Assembly: GCA_965248925.1 (NCBI GenBank)
Contig: CBDFLE010000006.1
Location: 1,760,001-1,824,000 of the forward strand
DNA: 64,000 nt
Origin: Candidatus Multivoradales bacterium
Lineage (GTDB): Bacteria > Acidobacteriota > Thermoanaerobaculia > Multivoradales > J023
Direction: 5' to 3'
A program made the translations under genes and the position numbers. Positions 1 to 8,841 of the stretch are shown in pieces (the first letter of the stretch is position 1; every line of letters starts with the position of its first letter). The notes under the pieces were generated by a model. It made no database searches. It was given only the letters and a program-made list of their open reading frames with translations, and was not told the DNA's origin.

Positions 1-246
1 GTGGTCGGCGGGATCGCTCGGCTCCTGACTCGAGTCGGAGGCTGCCTCGACCCGCGATTGCTGAACCGCGGAATGATCGAGGATCGATCCCCCGGCGTGG
101 TCAGCGGCGAGCATGCCCAGCACCGCCCGGCGCAATTCCGGGTCCTCGGCGGTCCACCTCTCGACCACCGCCCGCCGCTCAACCACCGGCTGGGCGAGAG
201 CTTGCTCAAAGAGGCTCCAGACCCGCTCCCAACCCGTCACCGTCAT
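1..246 (-). CDS. Ser/Thr protein kinase, N-terminal part (runs off window start)
   Basis: Not in the ORF track. ATG at 246 overlaps the ECF stop (ATGA). Translates MTVTGWERVWSLFEQALAQPVVERRAVVERWTAEDPELRRAVLGMLAAD, the typical leader of ECF-associated eukaryotic-like kinases. The kinase domain itself is outside the window. Confidence 0.7.
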   Translation of the reverse strand, partial: MTVTGWERVWSLFEQALAQPVVERRAVVERWTAEDPELRRAVLGMLAADHAGGSILDHSAVQQSRVEAASDSSQEPSDPADH

Positions 247-803
247 TTCGCCTGCTCGGCTAAGTAGTGCAGCAACCAAGCTCGAGCCGAGCGCCAACGC
301 CGCGACACCGTGGCACTGGAGATCCCCATCACCTCGGCGATCTCTTCCCGGCCCATGCCGCCGAAGAACTTGAGTTCGACGATTCGCGCACGTTCGCCGT
401 CGGCAGCGGCAAGATCTCGCAGCGCATCGTCGAGATCCAACAGATTAGGGGGTCGCACGGGAGCCGGACTCGAGCCCAGCTCGCTGAGCGACAAATTGAC
501 CACCAGAGCGGAGCGCTTCTGGCGCAATCGGGCGCGAGCCACATCGACCAGGATCTGGCGCATCAGGCGCGCACTCATGGCGAAGAAATGCGCCCGGTCC
601 TTCCATCCCATGCGTTCCAACTCGGCCAATCGCAGGTAGGTCTCGTGCACCAGCGCGGTGGTCTCGAAGGGTTGGCTGGGGCCTTCTCGACGCAACAAGC
701 GAGCGGCGACCGCCTTCAGGTGGCTTTAGGTCGCCGGCATCAACTCCGCCAGGGCCGACGCATCGCCATTGCGCCATGCGGTCAGCAAGCCGGTGATATC
801 CAT
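243..803 (-). pseudogene. ECF sigma factor (kinase-associated, TIGR02999-like) with in-frame TAA at 726-728
   Basis: MDITGLLTAWRNGDASALAELMPAT*SHLKAVAARLLRRE..ETTALVHETYLRL..ARIVELKFFGG..EIAEVMGISSATVSRRWRSARAWL. ORFs 726..953 and 243..698 are in the same frame, and the stop sits where the family has a conserved Tyr. Confidence 0.85.
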
Positions 804-867
804 GGGGCCTTCGATCACCATCGAATTCAAGTCTAAGCGATTGGAGGCCCCCAGGAACAACCGACCC

Positions 868-1173
868 TCAACCCGCAAAGGTGTTGCTGGGCGGACACTC
901 CTCGGCACCGGGATCCATGCAACACAAGGTGCCTGTGGGCACCGCCAGGCCATTGTTGATCAAACACAACTCCTTGCAAGTTGCATCAGGCACGCTTTGG
1001 GTGCAGAAAGCGTTATTGGTTCGCGATAACGGTGTCGAAATCCACGAATGGCCACCGGAGCCATACTCGATCGACTGCACCTGACTCGGCATCGCCAGCA
1101 GGAGGATCAGTCCGAGACTGAAGACGGCACTGAAAAAGAAGATGGTCTTCGGATGAGTTCTGATAGTGGGCAT
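868..1173 (-). CDS. small secreted cysteine-rich protein
   Basis: RBS-like AAGGGG before ATG at 1173; hydrophobic signal peptide (FFFSAVFSLGLILLLAMPSQVQS); mature part has 6 Cys. Confidence 0.55.
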   Translation of the reverse strand: MPTIRTHPKTIFFFSAVFSLGLILLLAMPSQVQSIEYGSGGHSWISTPLSRTNNAFCTQSVPDATCKELCLINNGLAVPTGTLCCMDPGAEECPPSNTFAG

Positions 1174-1493
1174 GTTGTTCCCCTTGGTTTCACTTGTTGT
1201 TATCGACCGTTGCTGCCTTGCCGAGCTGGGATCAGCGGTGCCCGCTGCGCCGGCCAGGGGTCGCCCACGGTTCCCCTTGTCATTACTCTTCAGCGACAAT
1301 CCTCGGCCGTTTGTATCATCGACTTTGATCTGCTGCTAACCGCGGCATCTCAGCGGCACCCAACCAACGCCTTCCCTGCTCGCCGATTTGACACCGATCG
1401 CCGCGATTCGTCGCTGGTTCGTAGGGTGAAGGGGCCGTCAACCTCCGGTCATCGGGCCACGGCCATCAACATGGGAAAATCAACGAGGAACAG

Positions 1494-2114
1494 ATGATGC
1501 AACGAACGCCCCCCGAGCTTGTCGAGCAAGCGATCTGGCATCTGCAAGTGAGCCAACACACCGAACTCTGCTTCCAAACCTTGGTTAGCGCCTACCGCGG
1601 ACAGATACAAAACTACTACCGCCACCGCGGCCTCGACCCCTGGGACGCGGAAGACCTCACTCAGGAGTGCTTCCTGGCAGTGGCCGTTGGCATCGGCAAC
1701 TACCATTGGCGATCCCCCATCCGTTCCTGGCTTTTGGGAGTGGCCAGCAACCGCTACCGCAGCTGGCTACGGCGACGCTCGACACAGCGGCGCGGGAGTA
1801 GAGAGGTGCCGCTAACCAACCTCGCCAGCCGCCCCCAGCTCGAAGAGCTGGCCGGCCCGGAGTCCTTGAAACAGGCCATCCACCACCAGCGGCGGCTGCT
1901 GCTCGGCCAGGCGATTCGCACCCTGCCCGTGCAGATGCGCCGCTGCACCAGGCTCTACTACTACGACCAACACAATACTCGCGAAATCGCCCGCCCACTC
2001 GGCTTGTGTCCAGCGACGGTAAGAGTTCAGCTGCACCGCGCCCGCCACCTGCTGACCGAGAGGGTAAGAGCGCAAGCTTGCCACCGCAGCGCGGCCTCCA
2101 TCAGACCCTCTTGA
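1494..2114 (+). CDS. ECF-family RNA polymerase sigma factor
   Basis: Region 2 DAEDLTQECFL..SWLLGVASN; region 4 LPVQMRRC..TREIARPLGLCPATVRVQLHRAR. Confidence 0.85.
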   Translation: MMQRTPPELVEQAIWHLQVSQHTELCFQTLVSAYRGQIQNYYRHRGLDPWDAEDLTQECFLAVAVGIGNYHWRSPIRSWLLGVASNRYRSWLRRRSTQRRGSREVPLTNLASRPQLEELAGPESLKQAIHHQRRLLLGQAIRTLPVQMRRCTRLYYYDQHNTREIARPLGLCPATVRVQLHRARHLLTERVRAQACHRSAASIRPS

Positions 2115-2156
2115 CAAGTCCAAAGAAGCTGACCAGGCAAGCCGACCAACCACCGC

Positions 2157-2813
2157 TCACCCTCCTTCGAAACCACCCCAGGAGTTCATCAAATGGCGAC
2201 GTCCATCGACATCTACTTCAAGTCCGCGAGGGGTCTGCCACAGCTCGAGCACGACTCTCCGTGACTCTGCCCCACCGCCGCTCAGAGATATCCGGCGGCC
2301 AACGAAACGGACCCCTAGCCCGGCGCCGCCATCTATCACCTCGAGCAAGGCGTTCGGCGCCTTTGCCGGGGTGGGTGGCCTTGCCGCCGAGCGCTCGGCT
2401 AGCGCCCCCACGGCGCCCGCAAGCAGCTGCTGGAACCATTGATCCATGGTGCTGCGCAGCAAGCGATCGGGCAGCCAACGACCCAAGCCGAGCAGCTCTA
2501 GATCGACCTGCAATGACAGAGTGGTACCTCGACCGTCGGGCGGCACCAGGAAACGCCACCCACCCTGCCAATGCATCGCCACGCTGCGCTGGACCTGCAT
2601 CAAGCCGCGCTCGCGGCGGCGCAGCTCTACTCGCTGTAACAACTCGCGGCCGAGCTGCCGTTGCTGAAACTCGGCGATGATGCACTCTGGCTGCTGGTCG
2701 ATGACCCGCACTTGTCGAATATCGATCATCCATCGGGGCCAGGATTCGACATCTTCGAATAGCTCCGCCACCCGCCCAGGGGCCGCCGGTAGGTGCCCCA
2801 CTAGCTTTAGCAC
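2157..2813 (-). CDS. SRPBCC/START (polyketide cyclase-like) domain protein with C-terminal extension
   Basis: APGRVAELFEDVESWPRWM..WQGGWRF..GTTLSLQVDL pattern; GTG at 2813 overlaps the upstream stop. Confidence 0.7.
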   Translation of the reverse strand: MLKLVGHLPAAPGRVAELFEDVESWPRWMIDIRQVRVIDQQPECIIAEFQQRQLGRELLQRVELRRRERGLMQVQRSVAMHWQGGWRFLVPPDGRGTTLSLQVDLELLGLGRWLPDRLLRSTMDQWFQQLLAGAVGALAERSAARPPTPAKAPNALLEVIDGGAGLGVRFVGRRISLSGGGAESRRVVLELWQTPRGLEVDVDGRRHLMNSWGGFEGG

Positions 2814-3379
2814 TGGCGCCAGCCTCGGCCCGCCCGGTAGCGCCAAACCACCCCTGCAAGATCCAGTTCGAGTTCACCCTCGGGAGTCTCGATCAACCGC
2901 AGCAAGAGCCGTTCATGATCCGCGTCGGTCGCTGGTTTCACCGCCTGTACCGCGGGAGGGACTTCCGGGCTGGAGGCACGGATAGCGTCGAAGAAGGTTG
3001 TCAGCACAACACGCAGGTGGCGCCGCAGGCCAAATCTAAGGGGTGACGTCGAGACCGCCAGACTGAACTCCAGAAGGGTTTGCTGGGTTCCTGGCGCCGG
3101 GGTCATGGAACAGCGGCCAGAGTAGGCCGATCCAATTTCATCTACCTGGTGGAAGGTGATCGTGTCGGGGGGGGACTCGACAACTTCAAAGACCTTGCGG
3201 CAAGTTGCCGGCGCGGACAGAGCGAACTCGACAATCGCCACGCCAGCCTCGCGAGCGAGCAAACGCACACTGTCCACGGGCGGCAGCCAAGAAGGGAAGT
3301 CCTGGTAGGAAGTCAGCTGGCGGTAGAGCTGCTCGCGGGACCTGGCAAAGAGGAGTTGCTGATGTTCTCGACGAATCAT
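2807..3379 (-). CDS. SRPBCC/START domain protein
   Basis: SREQLYRQLTSYQDFPSWLPPVDSVRLL..YSGRCSMTP..TLLEFSL. Confidence 0.7.
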   Translation of the reverse strand: MIRREHQQLLFARSREQLYRQLTSYQDFPSWLPPVDSVRLLAREAGVAIVEFALSAPATCRKVFEVVESPPDTITFHQVDEIGSAYSGRCSMTPAPGTQQTLLEFSLAVSTSPLRFGLRRHLRVVLTTFFDAIRASSPEVPPAVQAVKPATDADHERLLLRLIETPEGELELDLAGVVWRYRAGRGWRQC

Positions 3380-3387
3380 CGGCTCAT

Positions 3388-4269
3388 TCAGGCTGGGTCA
3401 CGCCGCCGACCACCAGCAGACTGATCGACCTCACCCGCACCACCGCGCAAGTCGTCGAAGAAAGAACCGACCATCCGCCGCGGCAGGTGCAGCCCCTGGT
3501 CGAACGCCTCCCGGCCCGCTCGCCAAAAGCCCATGGGCAATGAGCGGGCCAAATCCGCCAGCGGACGATCGCCTTCGAGTTCAAGCTCGTCCTTGAGCGT
3601 CCGTGTAACTTGTCGGCAAGCACTGACCGAGCCGCTGATGCCGACAATTCCTGAAGCGATCATCGCCGTTGGTAGGCGCAGCACGCTGTCTATCCCCAAG
3701 CGGTTCGAGACGACCAACCGAGCCGTCGCGGCGGCTGGCGGAGGTTCTTCACCCACCGATCCGCTGGCGCTGGCAATCACCGCAGCCGGTGCGGCCCCTT
3801 CGGCATGCAGCAGGCGATCCTGTAGGTCGCGCAATCGGTCGACCAGGGTCGGCACCAAGCTCCAAGCGATGCGCGGATGACGATCCAGCAGCCGGCGGAA
3901 GCCCTCGCGGGTAAGCAGAAGAACCTCGGTCGGCTCAAGGGCAACAGCACTGGCCGACCGCGGCCGCTCATCGATCAGCGCCATCTCACCAACCACCGCA
4001 CCGCAGCCAAGCTCAGCGACCACCAAGCGATCTTCAGCCTCGCTGACAAATACCTCGACCCGGCCACGGGTGATCAACAGCAGACCCAAACCCACGGTGC
4101 CTTGACGCAAAACCAGGCTGCCGGTAGGGAACGAGCGCTGCACACTGAGCCTGGCGATCTGCCGAAGACTGGCGTCGTCCAGGTGACTGAAGAAATCGAT
4201 CCTAGCCAGTTTCTCCATCACCTGAGCGTCAGGGGCCGGCGCCATCTTCTCCCACAGGCTTCTCAACAA
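3388..4269 (-). CDS. cyclic nucleotide-binding domain protein with C-terminal domain of unknown function
   Basis: cNMP motifs FFSHL, QGTVG, GRVEV, VGEMALIDERPRSASAVA; no clear Crp HTH at the C-terminus. Confidence 0.85.
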   Translation of the reverse strand: MLRSLWEKMAPAPDAQVMEKLARIDFFSHLDDASLRQIARLSVQRSFPTGSLVLRQGTVGLGLLLITRGRVEVFVSEAEDRLVVAELGCGAVVGEMALIDERPRSASAVALEPTEVLLLTREGFRRLLDRHPRIAWSLVPTLVDRLRDLQDRLLHAEGAAPAAVIASASGSVGEEPPPAAATARLVVSNRLGIDSVLRLPTAMIASGIVGISGSVSACRQVTRTLKDELELEGDRPLADLARSLPMGFWRAGREAFDQGLHLPRRMVGSFFDDLRGGAGEVDQSAGGRRRDPA

Positions 4270-4572
4270 GGCGCTTCTCCTTGGCTCGCGGCATCACTTT
4301 CCGAAGTGGATCTCACCGTCACGAAACGATGTCCGGGATGGCGATCAGCTATTCGGGAAAGTGCGCTTCAGCTTACCCCATCGCCCCGAGCTACGGCTGG
4401 CGGCGGCCAGCAACTGCCCGTGCGTCAGGGACATAGCCCGCAGATAGGCAAGAAGACAAGGGGAAAGACCGTCGCCCCTTGAAGACGAGCGGCCTGCTCG
4501 GCAATCATGCTTGCTGCCAGCTTCAGCCTTGCTACCGACGAACCTCACCAGAGACGACGTGCACTGAGTCGA

Positions 4573-4865
4573 CTAGGGCTCGCGATAGCGCAGCAGCTCT
4601 TCTTCGACCAAGCACCGCAACTCGGCCAGCTGCTCGGGACGCACCACCGACGGCTGGGCCTCGACGATCAACACATGAGGAATCTGCGGATTGTCCGGAT
4701 AAATCTCGTGGCGCTCGATATCGACGAACAGCGGCAAGTCGCTGTGCCCATGGCGGTGCCAGGAGAGATCCCCGAAACCGCACACCTCAAGCGCCCGGCC
4801 CAGCAGTTCTCGATTCCACAGGAAGCGATGCTGCCAGCCATAGAATGAGCGGTTGGCGTGCAGAC
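4573..4865 (-). pseudogene. C-terminal remnant of a probable class I SAM methyltransferase, truncated by IS21
   Basis: Frame reads LHANRSFYGWQHRFLWNRELLGRALEVCGF..HGHSDLPLFVDIERHE..LIVEA from the IS boundary; the 5' part is missing. Confidence 0.55.
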
Positions 4866-5032
4866 TGCCTATTCCGACGAAACTGACCAGCCATTCCGAT
4901 CGAAACCGACCACTTGTCGGAGCGAAGCGACGCTGGCGCTCTCCTCAGTTGTAGGTGTCCACTTTCGCTGTAGCTGGAGGCCTCCTTCCGGCTCTTCTTC
5001 TTGATTGATTGTATTCAAATAACCCGTCGTCG

Positions 5033-5140
5033 GGGCTGTGCGTAGCTGTGGGAAACGCAGGTAGGGGGCAGGGGGGCGTTTTCCAAGCGGTTGTGGGAAT
5101 CGCAGAGCGATTTCCACAACCGCGGCAGCTTCCACAGTCC
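5033..5140 (-). other. multi-stem structured element downstream of istB
   Basis: Closing stems plus two hairpins: GCGGTTGTGGAAATCGC/GCGATTCCCACAACCGC and TGGAAAACGC/GCGTTTCCCA. Confidence 0.65.
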
Positions 5141-5219
5141 ATCTTGGGTCGGGTCCGGATCGGGCCGCAGGCCCGCTGATGGGTCAGGATCGGCGATCGC
5201 TTCAGCATGCTCTTGGATC

Positions 5220-5984
5220 TCACCTTGCCTCTCGCTGGGCGGCCTTGCGAATACCGCCGGCTCTCTTCGCCCGCATGGAGTCACCGTCCACCGCGAGCTT
5301 GTAGGCGCCGTGGACAATGCGATCGAGGATGGCGTCGGCCAAGGTCGGATCGCCGATGACCTCGTACCAGCTCTCAACCGGTAGCTGGGAGGTCACCAGC
5401 GTGGAGCGGTTGCCGTAGCGGTCCTCAAGAATCTCGAGCAGGTCGCGCCGCTCGCTGGCCCCGATCGGCGCCAGCCCCCAGTCGTCGAGGATGAGCAGGT
5501 CTGTGCGAGCATAGCTCTTGAGCAGCTTCTCGTAGCTACCATCACCCCGCGCGATGGCGAGCTGGCGAAACAGCCTCGGCACCCGCAGGTACAAAGCGGT
5601 GTAACCCTCCCGACATGCCTTGTGCGCGAAGGCGCAGGCGAGAAAGGTCTTGCCCACCCCGGCCTTGCCGGTGATCAGCACGTTGAGATGCTCGGCGATC
5701 CACTGGCACGAGGCCAGGCGCAGGATCTGGCCTTTGTCCAGGCCCCTCTTGGCTCGCCAGTCGATGTCTTCGATGGCCGCCTGCTCGCGCAGCTTGGCTT
5801 TTCGCAACCGCGCTATCAAGCGGCGGCTGGATCGCTCGGTCGCTTCGCGCTCGACCAGCAGCCCGAGGCGCTCTTCGAAGGAGAGCTCTGAGACATCGAC
5901 CATCGACAGCTGCTCCTCAAAGGCTTTGGCCATACCGTGGAGCTTGAGCGCGGCGAGTTGATCGAGCGTCGCGTGCCTCAGCAT
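5220..5984 (-). CDS. istB: IS21 ATP-binding helper protein IstB
   Basis: MLRHATLDQLAALKLHGM; Walker A GKAGVGKT; Walker B LLILDDWG; ADAILDRIVH. Confidence 0.95.
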   Translation of the reverse strand: MLRHATLDQLAALKLHGMAKAFEEQLSMVDVSELSFEERLGLLVEREATERSSRRLIARLRKAKLREQAAIEDIDWRAKRGLDKGQILRLASCQWIAEHLNVLITGKAGVGKTFLACAFAHKACREGYTALYLRVPRLFRQLAIARGDGSYEKLLKSYARTDLLILDDWGLAPIGASERRDLLEILEDRYGNRSTLVTSQLPVESWYEVIGDPTLADAILDRIVHGAYKLAVDGDSMRAKRAGGIRKAAQREAR

Positions 5985-7552
5985 GGCGGCGTCTCCTCGC
6001 GGCGCGCGGCACTGTAGTAGCTGGCGCCGCGGACGTTGCGGTGCTCGATCGGCGCCGTCACTTCGGTGGGCTCGGGCGCTGCTTGCTGGTCCAGGCCGCT
6101 CTTCAGGATCGACTTCACGCTCTTGTAGGACAGGCCGTGAATGGCGAGCGCGCGGCGGCACGCAGCCTCCAAACGATTGGCACCATAGGTCTTGCCCAGG
6201 CGCATCAGCCCCAGACACGAGCGAAAGCCGTGCTGAGGATGGGAGCGGTTAAGCATGATGGTCTCCACCAGTTCGGCCGTCGCCTGGCCTGTTTTCGCCG
6301 CCCAGCTGATCAGCCGTGTCGGTGTCCACTCCAGGTACGCCTGGTGCGCTTTGGGCATGTGCTCGCTCTGGGTCGTGTGCCGACCCCGACACCGATTGCG
6401 ACGATGAGCAGCCACACGCTTGCCGCGATCGAGCACCTCCACCAGTTGCGCCGTCGCCCGCAGATCGAGCTGCTTCTTGATCAGCTGGTACGGCACACTG
6501 TAATAGTGGCCCTCGAACTCGACGTGGTAGTCCGGGGCAACGCGTACCTTCTTCCATTCGGCAAGCTCGTAGGGCTGGAGCGGCAAAGCACCCAGAGCAG
6601 GACGATCGACCTGCTCGAACAGCGCTCGGCGCGAGACGCCCAACACCTTCAGCGGACGGTCGTTAAGCTCGACCAGAAGCTTCGCGATGCTCTCGTTGAG
6701 CTCTCGCAGGCTGAAGAACTGCTGGTTACGCAGCCGGGCCAGAATCCAGCGCTCCACTTGCAATACACCATTTTCGACCTTCGCCTTGTCTTGGGGCTTC
6801 CTCACCCGCGCCGGCACCACCGCCACGCCGTAGTGCTCGGCCAACTCCGCGTAGGTGCGATTGATCTCCGGCTCGTAGCGGCACGGGCTGGTCACGCCGC
6901 TCTTCAGATTGTCCGGCACCACCAGCTCGCTCACCCCGCCCAGAGCCGCGAAGGTCCGCACATGAGAGCCGATCCAGTCCTCCAGGCCCTGGCTCCACGT
7001 TGATTCGGCATAGGTGTAGTTGCTCGCCCCCAGCACCGCCACGAAGATCTGCGCTTCGCGCGCTTTGCCAGTCGCCGGGTCGATCACCCTCACGGTCTGT
7101 CCGGCATAGTCGACGAACAGCTTCTCGCCCGCCCGGTAGGCTTGGCGCAGGCACACATCCAGGCGCCCTTCCCAGATCCGGTACAGCTGACAGAAGCGGC
7201 TGAGACCGTAGCCGTCAGGATGGTCCTCCCGGTACTCCTGCCACAGCAGCGACAGGGTTACGCACTTCTTCTTCAGCTCGCCATGCACCTTGGTCCAGTC
7301 GGGCAAGGCTCGCTGACCACCCCTCCGAAGCGGCTGCGGCCGAGGGTACAGGCGTTGCTCCAGCTCAGCGTCGCTCAAAGCTGCTACTTGCTCCCAGCTC
7401 AGGCCTTCAACCTTGGCTCGCAGCAGGTAGTTGCACACCGTCACGTGGCCCAGCCGAACCGACCGTCCGATCTGGCGGTGCGACAGGCCATGCTGCCATT
7501 TCAGTCTCAGTACCTCGCGTATCTTGCGCATCGATGTCCTCACTCTCGGCAT
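5978..7552 (-). CDS. istA: IS21 transposase IstA
   Basis: MRKIREVLRL HTH; FVDYAG, VPDNLKS, KAKVENGV DDE motifs. Confidence 0.95.
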   Translation of the reverse strand: MPRVRTSMRKIREVLRLKWQHGLSHRQIGRSVRLGHVTVCNYLLRAKVEGLSWEQVAALSDAELEQRLYPRPQPLRRGGQRALPDWTKVHGELKKKCVTLSLLWQEYREDHPDGYGLSRFCQLYRIWEGRLDVCLRQAYRAGEKLFVDYAGQTVRVIDPATGKAREAQIFVAVLGASNYTYAESTWSQGLEDWIGSHVRTFAALGGVSELVVPDNLKSGVTSPCRYEPEINRTYAELAEHYGVAVVPARVRKPQDKAKVENGVLQVERWILARLRNQQFFSLRELNESIAKLLVELNDRPLKVLGVSRRALFEQVDRPALGALPLQPYELAEWKKVRVAPDYHVEFEGHYYSVPYQLIKKQLDLRATAQLVEVLDRGKRVAAHRRNRCRGRHTTQSEHMPKAHQAYLEWTPTRLISWAAKTGQATAELVETIMLNRSHPQHGFRSCLGLMRLGKTYGANRLEAACRRALAIHGLSYKSVKSILKSGLDQQAAPEPTEVTAPIEHRNVRGASYYSAARREETPPC

Positions 7553-7628
7553 CCAATCCTCCTTTCAAGGAGGCTGGAATACCCCAATTGTGAGGAGCGC
7601 GCTACCGTCGAACTCCGCCGTGGCCAGG

Positions 7629-7766
7629 ATTCCGATCCAATCTGACCACCCATTCCGATCGACCCGGAAAAGTGGTCACTTTCGATCGGAATCGATGGTC
7701 AGATTCCGTTGGAATCACTGGTCACTTTCAATCGGAATCGGTGGTCGGTTTCCGTCGGTGCAGGCA
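7629..7766. repeat. IS21 sub-terminal transposase-binding repeats
   Basis: Four tandem ~22-bp units TGGTCA/G-N-GGAATC plus inverted copies (GATTCCGATC..TGACCA). Confidence 0.8.
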
Positions 7767-8149
7767 ACAGCTTCGATGCAATCGCTAATGTTCGACTCTC
7801 GCCCGTACGTCATGCCTTTGAAGAAGTCCAAATTGTAGACATCGAAAACCCCAGGACCCATGACGTACTTGTAGATGTCTTGCTGCACTAGCTCCACCGG
7901 TATTCCAAAATTTCCCAGGTCGATCGCAAGACGCATCGCATCCGCAATCTTCGGATCGTTCTCAACCGCAACCACCGAAGAGATAAGCGCAGACCACGCT
8001 CGGACATCGAGGAACTCGATGCTCGGAAGTCCACAGTACCTAAGCCCTGATTTTTTTACCGTAACCATGAACTCCCGCAGTAGGCGCCTGTCTCGACGTC
8101 GAAGTTCCCGTTTCTCTTTCGAGTCCGGAAATGTGTTAGTCAGATACAT
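7767..8149 (-). pseudogene. methyltransferase-fold hypothetical protein, C-terminally truncated by IS21
   Basis: ATG 8149 overlaps the upstream stop; LRYCGLPS..FLDV, VVAVENDP, QQDI, FDVYNLDFF resemble Rossmann SAM-binding strands. Confidence 0.55.
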
Positions 8150-8841
8150 CCGCCCATCTTCCAATCGCCTCCTCGACACGCTTGGCAACCTGCACAAAGT
8201 CCTCGTGCCCATCGCCGAGCACGTTCTCTATGGCCCAGAGAACGGTGGAAACGAGTTCTTCTACATTCAACTTTGAGACCGACGCTGTCTTCGCATCGTC
8301 GTCGCTTTTCTCTCCGGCACCCGGCCCATCGCCAAGCTCTTGCGTACTGCATTCACCGCCCGTATCCTCCACCTCGCTTCCAGAGTTACCCAGGTCAACA
8401 CCGTCTCCATTTCCCGTATCGATCTTCTCACTTGCTCCACTTGAAACTGGCTGAGATACGACTATCGACTTCAGCGACTTCAATGCTTTCTTACGTCGTG
8501 ACTCAAAATCCTTGTTCTTAAGAAGTTCAACCAAAATTCTTTTCTGCTCGCTCGCCGCGGGCCCCTTCCTCTTGCTAGAAATTGCTCCTAAACTAGTGAT
8601 CTGTTCTGTTCGCCGCTTAGTCAGTTCCACCTCATCGACAGACACCCCGGCCTTGTATGCCTCTGCAAAGTCCTCAGCCTTCTCTAGCTTTTTCTTGAGA
8701 CTATTGAAATCACTGCGCCCGCGAGCCTCAAGCAGGCGTTCGTGATAGAACCCCCTCAATTCAGCGATCAACTCACGCGACTCGTCTGTCTGTTCCAGGG
8801 CATCGCGGGGTGTATCTGGACGGATCGATGGGTTTGTAATA

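Larger units (their letters stand above)
4866..7766 (-). mobile_element. IS21-family insertion sequence
   Basis: TG...CA ends (TGCCTATTCCGACGAAACTGACC at 4866; ..GGTTTCCGTCGGTGCAGGCA at 7766), multiple ~22-bp sub-terminal repeats, istA-istB pair; no target duplication visible. Confidence 0.92.

Noticed and set aside
7629-7766. CRISPR or iteron array
   Set aside because: These are contiguous repeats without spacers that match the opposite IS end, i.e. ordinary IS21 terminal repeats.
4573-8149. A single methyltransferase gene split by IS21
   Set aside because: No target duplication, the halves do not join in frame, and they resemble different families.
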